From the NCBI RefSeq assembly GCF_964355755.1, contig NC_092670.1, positions 12,386,795-12,450,794 on the forward strand: DNA of 64,000 nt, in the 5' to 3' direction. The translations under genes and the position numbers were made by a program. Source of the DNA: Antedon mediterranea (taxonomy: Eukaryota; Animalia; Echinodermata). Below, in pieces: positions 12,063 to 25,562 of the stretch (the first letter of the stretch is position 1; every line of letters starts with the position of its first letter). The notes beneath the pieces are model-generated. The model was not told where the DNA came from. It searched no databases and worked only from the letters and a program-made list of their open reading frames with translations.

Positions 12063-15000
12063 TCCAGTATCATTACAGTGTGATATAATCAAATTTATAA
12101 ATGACGCTGTCACAAATCATGTAAAAAGAAATCCAGCCCCTATTGGTTTTATTATATCGTGTATTCTGTTCAGCTAGTAATGGAATATGAGGAATGTACA
12201 ATATTTAGTAATTTAATGCATACAGCCAGTAACCTCGATGTCTTTGCTCAATTGTGCTTTTACAGTGTGTTGGTAGTTACACTGAATGAATGTAAAATAT
12301 TCGACCTGGGTTCAGTTAGAGATAAGTAACGATATTTAATTTGGTCCAGTGTTATTAGTGTAACAATTTTAAATTTGACTTGGGCAGTTATAGTAAAATA
12401 ATGTGCAATAATTGATACAGTAGTCGATCCATTATGGATAAGTAACGATATTTAATTTGGTCCTGAGTATGTTGCAGATATCACTGTCTAATGTTAGTAC
12501 AGTAACAATTTTAAATTTGACTTGGGCAGTTATAGTAAAATAATGTGCAGTAATCAATACAGTAGTCGATCCATTATGATAAGTAACGATATTTAATTCG
12601 ATGCAGTTTGTTGCGTTTTATCAGATATCACTTTCTTATGTTAGTTGTAAAATACTGTCCAATAATCAATACAGTAGTTGATCCATTGTGGATAAGTAAC
12701 GATACAGTAGTCGATCCATTATGGACAAGTAACGATGTTTAAAATGTTGGCAGATTAAGTTTTTTGTTGGTTTTTATCAGTCTAATTCACATGAAAACGG
12801 TTACTTTTTAAAATTTAAATTGAGTTAAAAATACAGTAATAGTGTGCAATCGATAGTCTAATCTATACCTTACCAATTCTCTAAGTGATTATGTTGAATT
12901 CGAACTATTATTTACTTTACTATTATGTTATGTTATGTTAAAAAATGTTGCAAATTTAAATTTCGCTGCCTTCTTTCATATAGACATATCACTATAGTGT
13001 CTAGTGTGTAATTAAAACAATATTTAAATCGAGTTATAATAATAATGTACAATAATAGGTACCGGTGTCGATCATTATGAGTGTAATTATTTAGTTTATC
13101 TGAAAAATATTCTTAAATTATATTATTTTGATCGAAATAATGATTTTGATATAAAATTGATTGTTCAAAATGTTACCCTAAAATACAAATCTGCTGTTGG
13201 TTATTTTAAGTGTTTTTGTTGGTGTTATTTATTATTCAAAAATAAAGATTAATTTCAATTATAAAATAAAAGTCACTCGTTATCGTGAATGTGTTTGTAT
13301 TATCGACATTGTTGATCACCAATGGAGCCTCGGGCATTTGAGCTGCTGTGTACCGGATAACGTGAAAAAAACAACATTAAAAAAAAAAATGATTCATACT
13401 TCATGGATAAGCCCATTTTGGGTGAGTTCCTAAGAGTTTGATGTTTGATGATTTGGTACAGCAAACAACTGCTCTCTTTATTTATTGTTTTATCATTCTA
13501 CTGTGTATTTATTGTCAGTCCGAGTCCGTATCACGTATTTCTAACTCAGCTGAACGCCGCCATAAGACGACATACGCGCCGAGTATATAGCCGAATAGGG
13601 GGAAACTGAGGACCTTTAGGGCTGCTGTCTGAGCTTATGTACAGGATAAAGTTGCTGTCATTGGTGTTTTTGTCATCCCCAATATGTACTGCTGCCATTA
13701 CAAAAAGATTCAACCTTGTATCGCTTCACATGAATAAACCCATTTGGGCGTGGCCCTAAAATGTTGCTGTTTGGCGCCCCGTACAGGATAAAGTTGCTGT
13801 CATTGGTGATGTTATCATTAGTAGCCCACTGCGAATGATATCCAAAAAAGTTTATCCTTGTATCGCTTCACATGAATAAATGCATTTTTACCCCCCTATG
13901 TTATGATCCCCACAGGCCCTATGTACAGGCTGTGACCCGGCAGCAATGTCGAATATTGCATCTCACCCTAATACGCACCTAACTACATCATCAAACCTTT
14001 TGTATCTTTTCACATGAATAAATCTTCCGGGCGCCCGGTCTATTAGTCATACATATATTGTATTTGTCTTGAGGTATTGCCTGTTAAAGAATAGCACGGG
14101 CTATACCATTGTACTGTGGGTAATTGCGGTTAAATTTATAATAAATATTGAAAACTGCAGCTTTAGGAAAACAATTTCCTGATTGCTGCCCTCTATATAT
14201 TAATTTTTATTCCATGGATTTTTAACTGTATTCAAAGATATTTGCTGTATTGTAGAAACCTGCTGTGTAAAGTTTTATTTTTTTTTACAAACTCGTGTTT
14301 TCTTTTACGTTTCTACTTTGATAAATTACGGTGTATTTTTGTAGTATGCTTTAAGATTTTATTTCAATTGCCATATACAATTAATAAGAAATAATCAAGG
14401 CAATTTTTCATCGAGTGATCGGACACGAAGTATTTTCAACCCCCATCCCCTCGTGGAGGCTTGCTATGTAGTATAGCATAATTATTGAATTTCTATAGAT
14501 ATTTTTCTTTTTTCGTGTTTCTTTGAAACAAAATGGGTAGGAGGTAGTATTTCAAAATGTAATTCATTATTTGTGATGACATTTAATTATGTATTGATTC
14601 CTTTCAGTGGTGAGAAAAAAGAGAGCACCAAGGAGAGCGATGACAGATATCACCAAAGGGCGTATCCTCAACTCTAGAACTCTAGACAAACAAACAATAC
14701 ATACAACAATTATTCATTTAAATGAATTTTAATATAAAAAAAAAAATAACAGGTTAATTATGTACACAAAATGGAAATATAATTTAAAAGAAGAGAAAGT
14801 GTCCCGGTAATTCATAATGGACCAAACCAATTCTAAATGTTCTCTGACCTATCAGGAATTAATATCCATAATTCTTAAGTGACCATTCCTGTGCTAAATT
14901 TACTTAACGCCCTTAATTAGTGCTAATTAGACATTTAATTAGAATTGTTAGTACATTAACGAAATTCACGTCACATATACTTATGAACAGGATTCATCAT

Positions 15001-15716
15001 TCAAGTTTGAAATTCGGGGCCAAAGGTCAGTTTAATAAAAAATCAGATTAAATTTGAGTAGCCTACATTAACCAAACCAATTCTAAAATGTCCTCTTTTA
15101 TATACTACAGGCCTACTGAATAACATTGTTGCTACACAAACTTTCTATTACTACTTAGGCCTATTGATAAATATTCAATTCTAGTCTAAAAATGCAAAAT
15201 GTTCACAGATTTATACCACGAGTACATTTAATAAAATGAAATTGTCGTGTTATCAATATACGAAACTACAATAATATTCTTCGAAAGTGCATTATTGTGT
15301 TTTTGTTATACACAATACATTTCTGTACTTAATTTAAGATCAACACCCACCCATTATGTAATAGGTCTAATAATAATTTTAAAAGTTATACCGAGATGTA
15401 TAAAGAAAAAGGCCCAATCATAATTTCATTTACACGACAACAATTTACGTTAAAAACTAATATTGATTTCATTTCATTTCATTATTTATTTGGTCTATTT
15501 GAGTATATACATAACAACAACAAAATTTAAATTGGGGATTCAAAATGTATATATTTTAAGTCGGTGTACCTCATTTGACCACAGAAAACAGCACAATGTG
15601 TTCAATCAAATATTCTTATAATTTATTTTTGTTGATAGTTTAGTTACAAAATGTTCTGTATTTCATTTCTTTTGTTGCTATGGAAAGTTTGTCTGAAATA
15701 AAATTTGAATTGAATT

Positions 15717-18700
15717 ACTAGACATGTAACTCGTCACTTTGACGAGTTTGGTTATCCGCCGCGCAAGTGGTGCAACATTAACATTAAGGGGAGAGGTTGA
15801 GGACAAAAGGAAGTGTTCACGTTGGCATTATGACCTGAACTGAAGAATATGATATGTTGTTATTGCTGAATTTTATTATTTAAATTCATATATAGTATAC
15901 ACAGTCTAATCTGTATCCATATCACATACAGTGTAGAATAGGTGAAATTACGGGACCCGCTATTTATTGCAATTTTTAACATGTTGACGGTTTTAAAATG
16001 AAACGCGAAGGTAGCAATTCCGAAAGGAAATTATCTCAGCAACAACGTATTAGCGTGTAGAAGAAATTTGAATACGTGAAATATTGTTGCGCGCTCTTTT
16101 AAATGTAATGAATTATGACGCAAAAGATGAAAATACGACCTTTTTTATTTAACTGGCCATATGATGACGTCACAACATCCGATTGGCAACATTTTAACAT
16201 AATTTCGTATCTACAATCCAATAGCTTCCAGAAAAAGTTTTAATCGTGATTATCACATTTTATTCTTACGAGCTATAACAGATTAAAATTTACTGTAAAG
16301 ATGAAATTGATGCCACACGTGATTTCAATTTTTAGGCATGATGACGTCATAAAAATTAAAATATTTTTCACTCATGCGAAAGATAGTTGATTGACCTAGA
16401 CAATATCAAAATCGGGGTGAAAATGGAAAACGGATAAGTGGAGATGCGCTCTATTCAATGTGATGAGCTATGACGAAAGATACAAAAATCCTAAATTTTA
16501 TATTCGCGTGGCCATACGATGACGTCACAATGTCCGGTTAGCCATATTAATACCTGATCCGATATCTACAACTCATCTACTTCCAGAATATGCCATCCAC
16601 AAAAAGTTGACCGTCTAGTTTAGAAATTACGATTGTTTAAAAAAAGGCATATTTTAAACGAATTTTTTAACCTTTTCATAAAAAACGCGCGCAAATTGTC
16701 CAATTCGACGTGCTCGTATGACGTATCTTTAAGTCGAAATTGTTAAAAATTTGGTAAAATTACATGAAAAGGCTGGAAAAACATAAATCGCGCGAAAAAA
16801 ATACGTTTTCAATGCTACGTGCGCACCGCACACGTAAAAATGTGCGCACGCGTGGGAATTTTTGACATGCTTAAAACGACATGAAACGCATAGAAAGTTG
16901 ATTATAAATTAGTTTCGCGCATTTTGAAATTTTAAATGCGCGTGCGCGCGTAACTTTGTGTAAAACACGCAATTTTTTTTCAACAGAAAGTTAGCGCATG
17001 ATATAAATTAAACTTTTGCAAAGTTTCAAGTTGAAATGTTATTTGGTTTTTGACATATGTTAAATACGAGAAAATCGTTAAATCGCGCGTACGTCACGTT
17101 GCGCAATTGTAAACATCATGAAAAGCTTCGCTTGACGACGTTACATAAATGTCAAAATGTTAACATAGTTAACAAAATGTTATGTTTGCAAGTTTCAGAG
17201 AAAAGCGTTACACAAAAATCATACAGAAAGAAAGAAGAAGAACTAGACATGTAACTCGTCACTTTGACGAGTTTGGTTATCCGCCGCGCAAGTGGTGCAA
17301 CATTAACATTAAGGGGATAGGTTGAGGACAAAAGGAAGTGTTCACGTTGGCATTATGACCTGAACTGAAGAATATGATATGTTGTTATTGCTGAATTTTA
17401 TCTATATATAAATTCATATATAGTATACACAGGATAATCTGTATCCATATCACATACAGTGTAGAATATGTGAACTTACGGGACCCGCTATTTATTGCAA
17501 TTTTTAACATGTTGACGGTTTTAAAATGAAACGGGAAGGTAGCAATTCCGAAAGGAAATTATCTCAGCAACAACGTATTAGCGTGTAGAAGAAATTTGAA
17601 TACGTGAAATATTGATGCGCGCTCTTTTAAATGTAATGAATTATGACGCAAAAGATGAAAATACGACCTTTTTTATTTAACTGGCCATATGATGACGTCA
17701 CAACATCCGATTGGCAAAATGTTTACATACTTTCGTATCTACAATCCAATAGCTTCCAGACAAAGTTTTAATCGTGATTATCACATTTTATTCTTACGAG
17801 CTATAACAGATTAAAATTTACTGTAAAGATGAAATTAATGCCACACGTGATTTAAATTTTTAGGCACGATGACGTCAAAAAAATTAAAATATTTTTAACT
17901 CATGCGAAAGATACTTGATTGACCTAGACAATATCAAAATCGGGGTGAAAATGGAAAACGGATAAGTGGAGATGCGCTCTATTCAATGTGATGAGCTATG
18001 ACGAAAGATACAAAAATCCTAAATTTTATATTCGCGTGGCCATACGATGACGTCATAATGTCCGGTTACCCATATTAATACCTGATCCGATATCTACAAC
18101 TCATCTACTTCCAGAATATGTCATCCACAAAAATTTGACCGTCTAGTTTAGAAATTACGACTGTTTAAAAAAAGGCATATTTTAAACGAATTTTTTAACC
18201 TTTTCATAAAAAACGCGCACAAATTGTCCAATTCGACGTGCTCGTATGACGTATCTTTAAGTCGAAATTGTTTAAAATTTGGTAAAATTACTAGAAAAGG
18301 CTGAAAAAACATAAATCACGCGAAAAAAATACGTTTTCAATGCTACGTGCGCACCGTACACGTAAAAATGTGCGCACGCGTGGGAATTTTTGACATGCTC
18401 AAAACGACATGAAACGCGTAGAAAGTTGATTAGAAATTAATTTTGCGCATTTTGAAATTTTAAATGCGCGTGCGCGCGTAACTTTGTGTAAAACACGCAA
18501 TTTTTTTTCAACAGACAGTTAGCGCATGATATAAATTAAACTTTTGCAAAGTTTCATTTTAAAATGTTGTTTGGTTTTCGACATATGTTAAATACGAGAA
18601 AATCGTTAAACCGCGCGTACGTCGCGTTGCGCAATTGTAAACATCATGAAAAGCTTCGCTTGACGACGTTACGTGAATGTCAAAATGTTAACATAGTTAA

Positions 18701-21700
18701 CAAAATGTTATGTTTGCAAGTTTTAGAGAAAAGCGTTACACAAAAATCATACAGAAAGAAAGAAGATGAAAACTAGACATGAAACTCGTCACTTTGACGA
18801 GTTAGTTATCCGCACGACAAATGCCACGAGCACGTCATACGTTGGAATATTGCACACAGAAAAAGATTATGGCATTATGACAAGAACTGAAGAATATGAT
18901 TATGTTGTTATTGCTGAATTCTGTTATTTTGTGTCATATAGTATATACAATATAATCTGTATACATATTACATACACTGTAGAATAGGTGAAATTACGGG
19001 ACCCCCCGTTTATTCCTATTTTTAACATGGCGACGGTATCAAAATGAAAAACTAAGACAGCAATTTGGGAAGGAAATTATTTCAGTAACAACATATTAAA
19101 GTGCAGAAGAAATTTGAATACGTGAAATATTGATGCACGCTCTTTTAAATGTAATGAATTATGACGCAAAAGATGAAAATACGACTTTTCTTATTTAACT
19201 GGCCATATGATGACGTCACAACATCCGAATGGCAACATTTTTAGATGATTTTGTATCTACAATCCAATAGCTTCCAGAAAACGTTTTAATCGTGATTATC
19301 ACATTTTATTCGTACGAGCTATAACAGATTAAAATTTACTGTAAAGATGAAATTAAAGGCACACGTAATTTAAATTTTTAGGCATGATGACGTCATAAAA
19401 ATTAAAATATTTTTAACTCATGCAAAGGATAGTTGATTGACCTAGACAATATCAAAATCGGCGTGAAAATGGAAAACGGATAAGTGGAGATGCGCTCTAT
19501 TCAATGTGATGCGCTATGACAAAAGAGAAAAAATCCCTATATTTTATATTCGAGTGGCCATACGATGACGTCTAAATGTCCGGTTAGCCATATTGATGCA
19601 TGATACGATATCTACAACTCATCATCTTCCAGAAAACGTAATAAAAACAACTTTTACCGTTTAGTTTAGAAACTACAACTGTTTAAAAAAAGGTATAATT
19701 TTGACAAATTTTGATGAATTTTTGAACTTTTTCATAAAAAAACGCACATAAATTATCCAATTCTACGGGCTCGTATGACGTGATTTTAAGTCGAAATCGT
19801 TTAAAAGTTGGTAAAATTACTAGAAAAAGCTGGAAAAACCTAAATCACGCGAAAAAAAATTGTTTTCAACGCTACGTGCGCACCACGCGCGTAAAAATAT
19901 TCGCGCGCGTGGGAATTTTTTACATGCTCAAAATGACATGAAACGCGTAGAAAGTTGATTAGAAATTGATTTTTTACATTTTTAAATTTTAAACGCGCGT
20001 GCGCGCGTAACTTCGTGTGAAACATGCCATTTTTTTTTCACAGTCGGTTAGCGCAGAATATAAATTTAACTTTTGCTAAGTTTCAATTTAAATTGTTATA
20101 TGGTTTTTGATTAATGTTAAATACGCTAAATTCGTTAAAACGCGCGTAAGTCATGTTGCGCAATTCTGACGTCATTCAAAAATAAAAAAGCACAACTTCA
20201 CGTGAATGCCCATATGTTGACAAAGTTATGAAATGTTAACTGTACACGTTTTTGAGATATGCTCTGCACAAAAATGACAGAAAGAAAGAAGAATACAGAA
20301 AAAAAAAAAAGATGATGAAACAGGACAGTTACAAGGAGTTATCCGCTCAATGCGGATAACTAAAAAAGATGATTTCGTACAATCACAAGAGGTTATCCTG
20401 CAACTTCGTTGCGGATAACCAACTAGACATGTAACTCGTCACTTTGACGAGTTTGGTTATCCGCCGCGCAAGTGGTGAAACATTAACATTAAGGGGATAG
20501 GTTGAGGACAAAAGGAAGTGTTCACGTTGGCATTATGACCTGAACTGAAGAATATGATATGTTGTTATTGCTGAATTTTATTATTTAAATCCATATATAG
20601 TATACACAGTATAATCTGTATCCATATCACATACAGTGTAGAATAGGTGAAATTACGGGACCCGCTATTTATTGCAATTTTTAACATGTTGACGGTTTTA
20701 AAATGAAACGCGAAGGTAGTAATTCCGAAAGCAAATTATCTCAGCAACAACGTATTAACGTGTAGAAGAAATTTGAATACGTGAAATATTGATGCGCGCT
20801 CTTTTAAATGTAATGAATTATGACGCAAAAGATGAAAATACGACCTTTTTTATTTAACTGGCCATATGATGACGTCACAACATCCGATTGGCAACATTTT
20901 TACATAATTTCGTATCTACAATCCAATAGCTTCCAGAAAAAGTTTTATTCGTGATTATCACATTTTATTCTTACGAGCTATAACAGATTAAAATTTACTG
21001 TAAAGATGAAATTACTGCCACACGTGATTTTAATTTTTAGGCATGATGACGTCAAAAAAATTAAAATATTTTTAACTCATGCGAAAGATAGTTGATTGAC
21101 CTAGACAATGTCAAAATCGGGGTGAAAATGGAAAACGGATAAGTGGAGATGCGCTCTATTCAATGTGATGAGCTATGACGAAAGATACAAAAATCCTAAA
21201 TTTTATATTCGCGTGGCCATACGATGTTGTCAAAATGTCCGGTTAGCCATATTAATACCTGATCCGATATCTACAACTCATCTACTTCCAGAATATCCCA
21301 TCCACAAAAAGTTGACCTTCTAGTTTAGAAATTACGACTGTTTAAAAAAAGGCATATTTTAAACGAATTTTTTAACATTTTCATAAAAAACGCGCGCAAA
21401 TTGTCCAATTCGACGTGCTCGTATGACGTATCTTTAAGTCGAAATTGTTTAAAATTTGGTAAAATTACTAGAAAAAGCTGGAAAAACATAAATCACGCGA
21501 AAAAAAATCGTTTTCCATGCTACGTGCGCACCGCACACGTAAAAATGTGCGCACGCGTGGGAATTTTTGACATGCTTAAAACGACATGAAACGCGTAGAA
21601 AGTTGATTATAAATTAATTTTGCGCATTTTGAAATTTTAAATGCGCGTGCGCGCGTAACTTTGTGTAAAACACGCAATTTTTTTTCAACAGAAAGTTAGC

Positions 21701-22090
21701 GCATGATATAAATTAAACTTTTGCAAAGTTTCACTTTAAAATGTTATTTGGTTTTCGACATATGTTAAATACGAGAAAATCGTTAAATTGCGCGTACGTC
21801 ACGTTGCGCAATTGTAAACATCATGAAAAGCTTCGCTTGACGACGTTACATAAATGTCAAAATGTTAACATAGGTAACAAAATGTTATGTTTTCAAGTTT
21901 TAGAGAAAAGCGTTACACAAAAATCATACAGAAAGAAAGAAGAAAAATAAAAAGTTGATGTTGATGATTTCGTACAATCACAAGAGGTTATCCTGCAACT
22001 TCGTTGCGGATAACCAATAAAAAGTTGATGATGATGATGATTTCGTACAATCACAAGAGGTTATCCTGCAACTTCGTTGCGGATAACCAA
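15717..22090 (-). mobile_element. Cluster of four ~1.5-kb Helentron/HINE-like (rolling-circle) non-autonomous elements
   Basis: Units start at 15717, 17242, 18772 (divergent) and 20422. Each has the minus-strand 3' hairpin AACTCGTCA-aag-TGACGAGTT followed by CTAG-T. Subterminal IRs TT(G/A)GTTATCCGC / GCGGATAAC(C/T)AA and a GAA/GAT microsatellite lie near the other end. Confidence 0.8.
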
Positions 22091-22159
22091 TTATTGTATA
22101 TTTATTTTTTGTAACGTCTGTTCACTATAATAAAGGAATCAATATATTTTGGACGGTCT

Positions 22160-22770
22160 GAGGTACCCCCGTGACAGATTTGACCCCGTTATAATATAAC
22201 AGTTAATAGATATCTATTTTAGTAGGTGCAATATATCACGGACTTTCTAGACTATTAGGTACCCCCGTGAAAGATTGCACTTGAAAAATCGATCTAAGAA
22301 TGTTAATTATTTTAACACTAAACCACAATAGTTCAATTTGGTCAGATAAGATGGACATACCGCATTGTACCTATACCACTAGGATCTCGAAAACTAAACA
22401 CTGTCTTCAATCAAATAATTTAATTAATAAATAATAATTCTTGGTTCTCCCCTTTTGTCATTTTTTTGCAAATGGATACAAAATCCTATGCTGAAATAGT
22501 GTATCACCGTGACAGATTAAACCCTACAGTAAATATATACATTAAGGGATACAATATATTACGGGCTGTCTACCCCCGAGACAGATGAGATTGGACCCCT
22601 TATATTATTACATTCAATAACTATCTATTTTATGGGGTGCAATATATTACGGACTTACTAGAATATTAGGTATCTCCGTGACAGATTACACTCCCTCTAT
22701 ATTATAACAGTTAATAACTATATAGGGGATAACATATATTACGGCCTTTCTAGAATTATTAGGTACTCCT
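22160..22770. repeat. Degenerate tandem repeats with a ccCCGTGACAGATT core
   Basis: Core recurs near 22168, 22263, 22506, 22574 and 22676, with shared aatatat(c/t)acgg and tattaggta flanks. Confidence 0.55.
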
Positions 22771-23419
22771 AGCTACGAGCCTACATACAATATAAAGATG
22801 TCCGATTCTGTTAATGAATGTAGGTTGTGATTAAACTATAAATTAATTATTTATTAATTATTATTAGTACATTAAATTACGATATACTGTTATTTCATCG
22901 AGTTATCAAGTTCTCATTGCATACGTTTTGATTTGAGCATAGAGATATTATAGTTCACTTTATAACATCTCTATTTATTTGAGGGAGGGAGGCCAGGAGT
23001 GTCATCCCTTAGGAATGTTAAAATTTGATGGATTAGAGGATGTAGATTTCAAGGGAAAGGAGGTCGGGGGCAACAGGGGACATTGCATAAACCACGAGGA
23101 ATGTAAATAAGGCTAAGGAACGGAAGGAAATCAAAATATGGATAATGCCCTACAAAAATGACAGGTTGATGAAACTTACCCACACTGTTTTGTTTGATTG
23201 ATGGGTACGTACATACGAATCTGTTTCTTACAATTTGATTGGTTAGCAACCCCTAATTTGTTTTGCTAAATCTCTATAAATACAGATTAATTTATTAAAA
23301 AGTAGTAAAAAAAATGGTTGTTTCTTACACCGCATGCATTGCTGAAAATTTCGATATAAACTAAATAAAATAATTTAGAAGTTTGTTTGCTACCGTACCA
23401 GTGTGAAATTGCAGCACAG

Positions 23420-23435
23420 ATGGCTACACCTTTCA
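23420..23435 (+). CDS. Putative first coding exon of the KDZ transposase gene (MATPF-S)
   Basis: ATGGCTACACCTTTCA|gtaagt is a strong phase-1 donor that joins in frame to the phase-1 exon at 32437. An ATTGG (CCAAT box) lies upstream near 23238. Confidence 0.45.
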
Positions 23436-23708
23436 GTAAGTAATGCTGTAGGCCTATTTATCCAATTTCTTATAATCAAGTAATAGAAACTGAATTTAGA
23501 TAATATTCAATTGCTTTAAATATAATTTATCTTATATAAATTGATATTAACATGTTCCCTGTGATGAATAATATCATAAAAAAATGTATTTAAAGATACA
23601 TTTGAGCATTTACAGGAATTTTCCTTAAGAGCTTGGTTTTTATAAAACGTATTTATTTTCTTTAAATATAATTTATCTTATCTAAATTGATATAAACATA
23701 TTCCCTGT

Positions 23709-24725
23709 GGCCCTGTTTCTGCTGCCAAGAAAATACCGTATTTTATACGGTATTTTGTGAATACCGTATAGGCCTATAGACCGTATTTTTTTGGCTGCAG
23801 AAACTGCGCTCATAAAAAAATACCGTATTTTGTATACCGTATTTTCCCCACAAAATTTGTGGATAAAATACGGTATTTACAAATTTATACCGTATTTTTT
23901 GTAACTTTGGCCCTGTTTCTGCTGCCAACTAAATACCGTATATTATACGGTATTTTTTGAATACCGTATATATACGGTATATTTTTGGCAGCAGAAACTG
24001 CGCTCATAAAAAATATACCGTATTTTGTATACCGTATTTTCCCCACAAAATTTAAATACGGTATTTACAAATTTATACCGTATTTTTTGTACCCGTTTCT
24101 GCTGCCAATAAAAAATACCGTATTTTTTTTTTTACATGACAAAAGGTCACCATTCGTGTTTTTATTTTCTGTCGCTGTTAGCTGCTTTACACACATGTAT
24201 AGATATATTCGGCGAAATTGTGGAGCGAATACGTCACAGTTTTACTAAATAAATGTGTGTGGGGAAGCTAAAATGTCTGACCAACTAAAAGGTAATAAAA
24301 GGGACAACCACATTTATAAAGACATTTCTAAAAAAATAAAGCAGGAGTATGGAATAAACTTGTCTCCAAAGCAAGTAAACTCAAAGCTGAAGAGCCTGCG
24401 AAAGCAGTACAACATTGCAAAATACAATAACTCGGGGAGGGAACGAATTAATTGTCCCCATTACGATGTTTTCTGTGCTCTCACAACATCTCTATCACTA
24501 GGGCTAGGCTGTTGAAAGTGAGACGTAAAACTTCCTTTATTTCGACTTTTAATTATCGATCAAATAAATGAATGGCAATTTGGGTAAAAAAGATGAAATT
24601 TAACACGACCACCCAAGAAGTATTGTTAGCAGAAACGGGGTACTAAAAAATACGGTATAAAAAATACCGTATTTTATACCGTATTTTTATACCGTATTTT
24701 GAGCAGTTGCAGCAGAAACAGGCCC
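23709..24725 (+). mobile_element. PIF/Harbinger deletion derivative
   Basis: TIR GGCCCTGTTTCTGCTGC (23709, duplicated at 23909) vs GCAGCAGAAACAGGCCC (ends 24725). Many ATACCGTAT subterminal motifs and a Myb/SANT ORF fragment. Splits a 157-bp satellite monomer at ccctgt|..gatga. Confidence 0.8.
24255..24515 (+). pseudogene. Myb/SANT-like (trihelix) DNA-binding protein fragment, Harbinger accessory ORF
   Basis: RDNHIYKDISKKIKQEYGINLSPKQVNSKLKSLRKQY..NNSGRERINCPHYD matches the Myb/SANT-like pattern and lies between Harbinger-like TIRs. Confidence 0.75.
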
Positions 24726-25532
24726 TTTGATGAAAAATAATTGTTTTTAATAGCTGAACACCGGTTGAGCTCAAGTACAGCATCATAATGTTGAAGACAG
24801 GCTGATTTTCTTTAAAAAAAAAAACTATTTCGATAGATTTAATAAACGTTTATACAATTGTATTGATTTGCGATGAATGGAACATTCCAATCCCTCAGTC
24901 TGTCAGTTTGGTTTAACACAAGTAGGTAAATTTATGAGCCCTTAAGTATAACACATAAATTTATGGGCCCTTAGAGAATAAACTTGCAATAGTGGGACAA
25001 TACTGTACTGTAAATATATATTAACCATTTTCTGTCGTCATTTGCATCGAAAATTTGCTTCTCAACGTTTGTATTATAATTAATAACTATAAAAAATATA
25101 AACGTCGTAGTGGTGTATTGTTACATACTTTACTATTTCAATTGACTATAAAAGGGACAGTTTTAACAAAGTATTAAATCGCAATTGTTTTACTGTATTT
25201 AGTGGTATATTAAATATTTATAGGCCTATAAAACATGAAACAATATTTCGTTACTTCACATCCTCTTCCCAATCCCTAAACATAGGCCTACATACAAAAC
25301 ACACATTTGGTTTATTTTAAGTCCAAAATTTGGACTCATTTTATGACAAGTTTCTCTTTCGGAAGTAATACCCAGGGTGCTAATTTTAGTTGACTACATA
25401 AATCATCGTGTCTATTTATTCGTTTTCTGACAATGTATTAGTCCGGTAGTACGTACATTATTTTAAAGTCGCCAGTTTTTTTACGCTGAAATTACTGTGT
25501 ATTCCAGAACCATTGTGGACACGCCTCAGATG

Positions 25533-25562
25533 GTACGCGAGCGAAGCGAGCGTACAATCTAG
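25533..25562 (+). mobile_element. Helitron 3' terminus (5' end not identified)
   Basis: Hairpin GTACGC-gagcgaagcga-GCGTAC followed by aatCTAG|T. Confidence 0.65.

Larger units (their letters stand above)
7574..14042 (-). mobile_element. Non-autonomous Academ-type DNA transposon with foldback structure
   Basis: Termini TAGACCGGGCGCCCGGAAG...CTTCCGGGCGCCCGGTCTA, flanked by TTA (7571-7573 and 14043-14045). Outer inverted repeat ~7574-8915 / 12701-14042, inner inverted repeat 10721-11314 / 12061-12654, central transposase remnant. Confidence 0.85.

Noticed and set aside
12061-12113. N-terminus MTASFINLIISHCNDTG of ORF 11715..12113
   Set aside because: Derived from the inverted-repeat arm rather than the transposase; the resemblance to a GCD motif is probably fortuitous.
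14600-14685. Tc1-like transposase start (VVRKKRAPRRAMTDITKGRIL)
   Set aside because: Too short, with no continuation or TIRs.
17057-21950. Recurring 62-73 aa ORFs (MLNTRKSLNRAY...)
   Set aside because: They recur only because the non-autonomous element is repeated, and are disrupted in the divergent copy.
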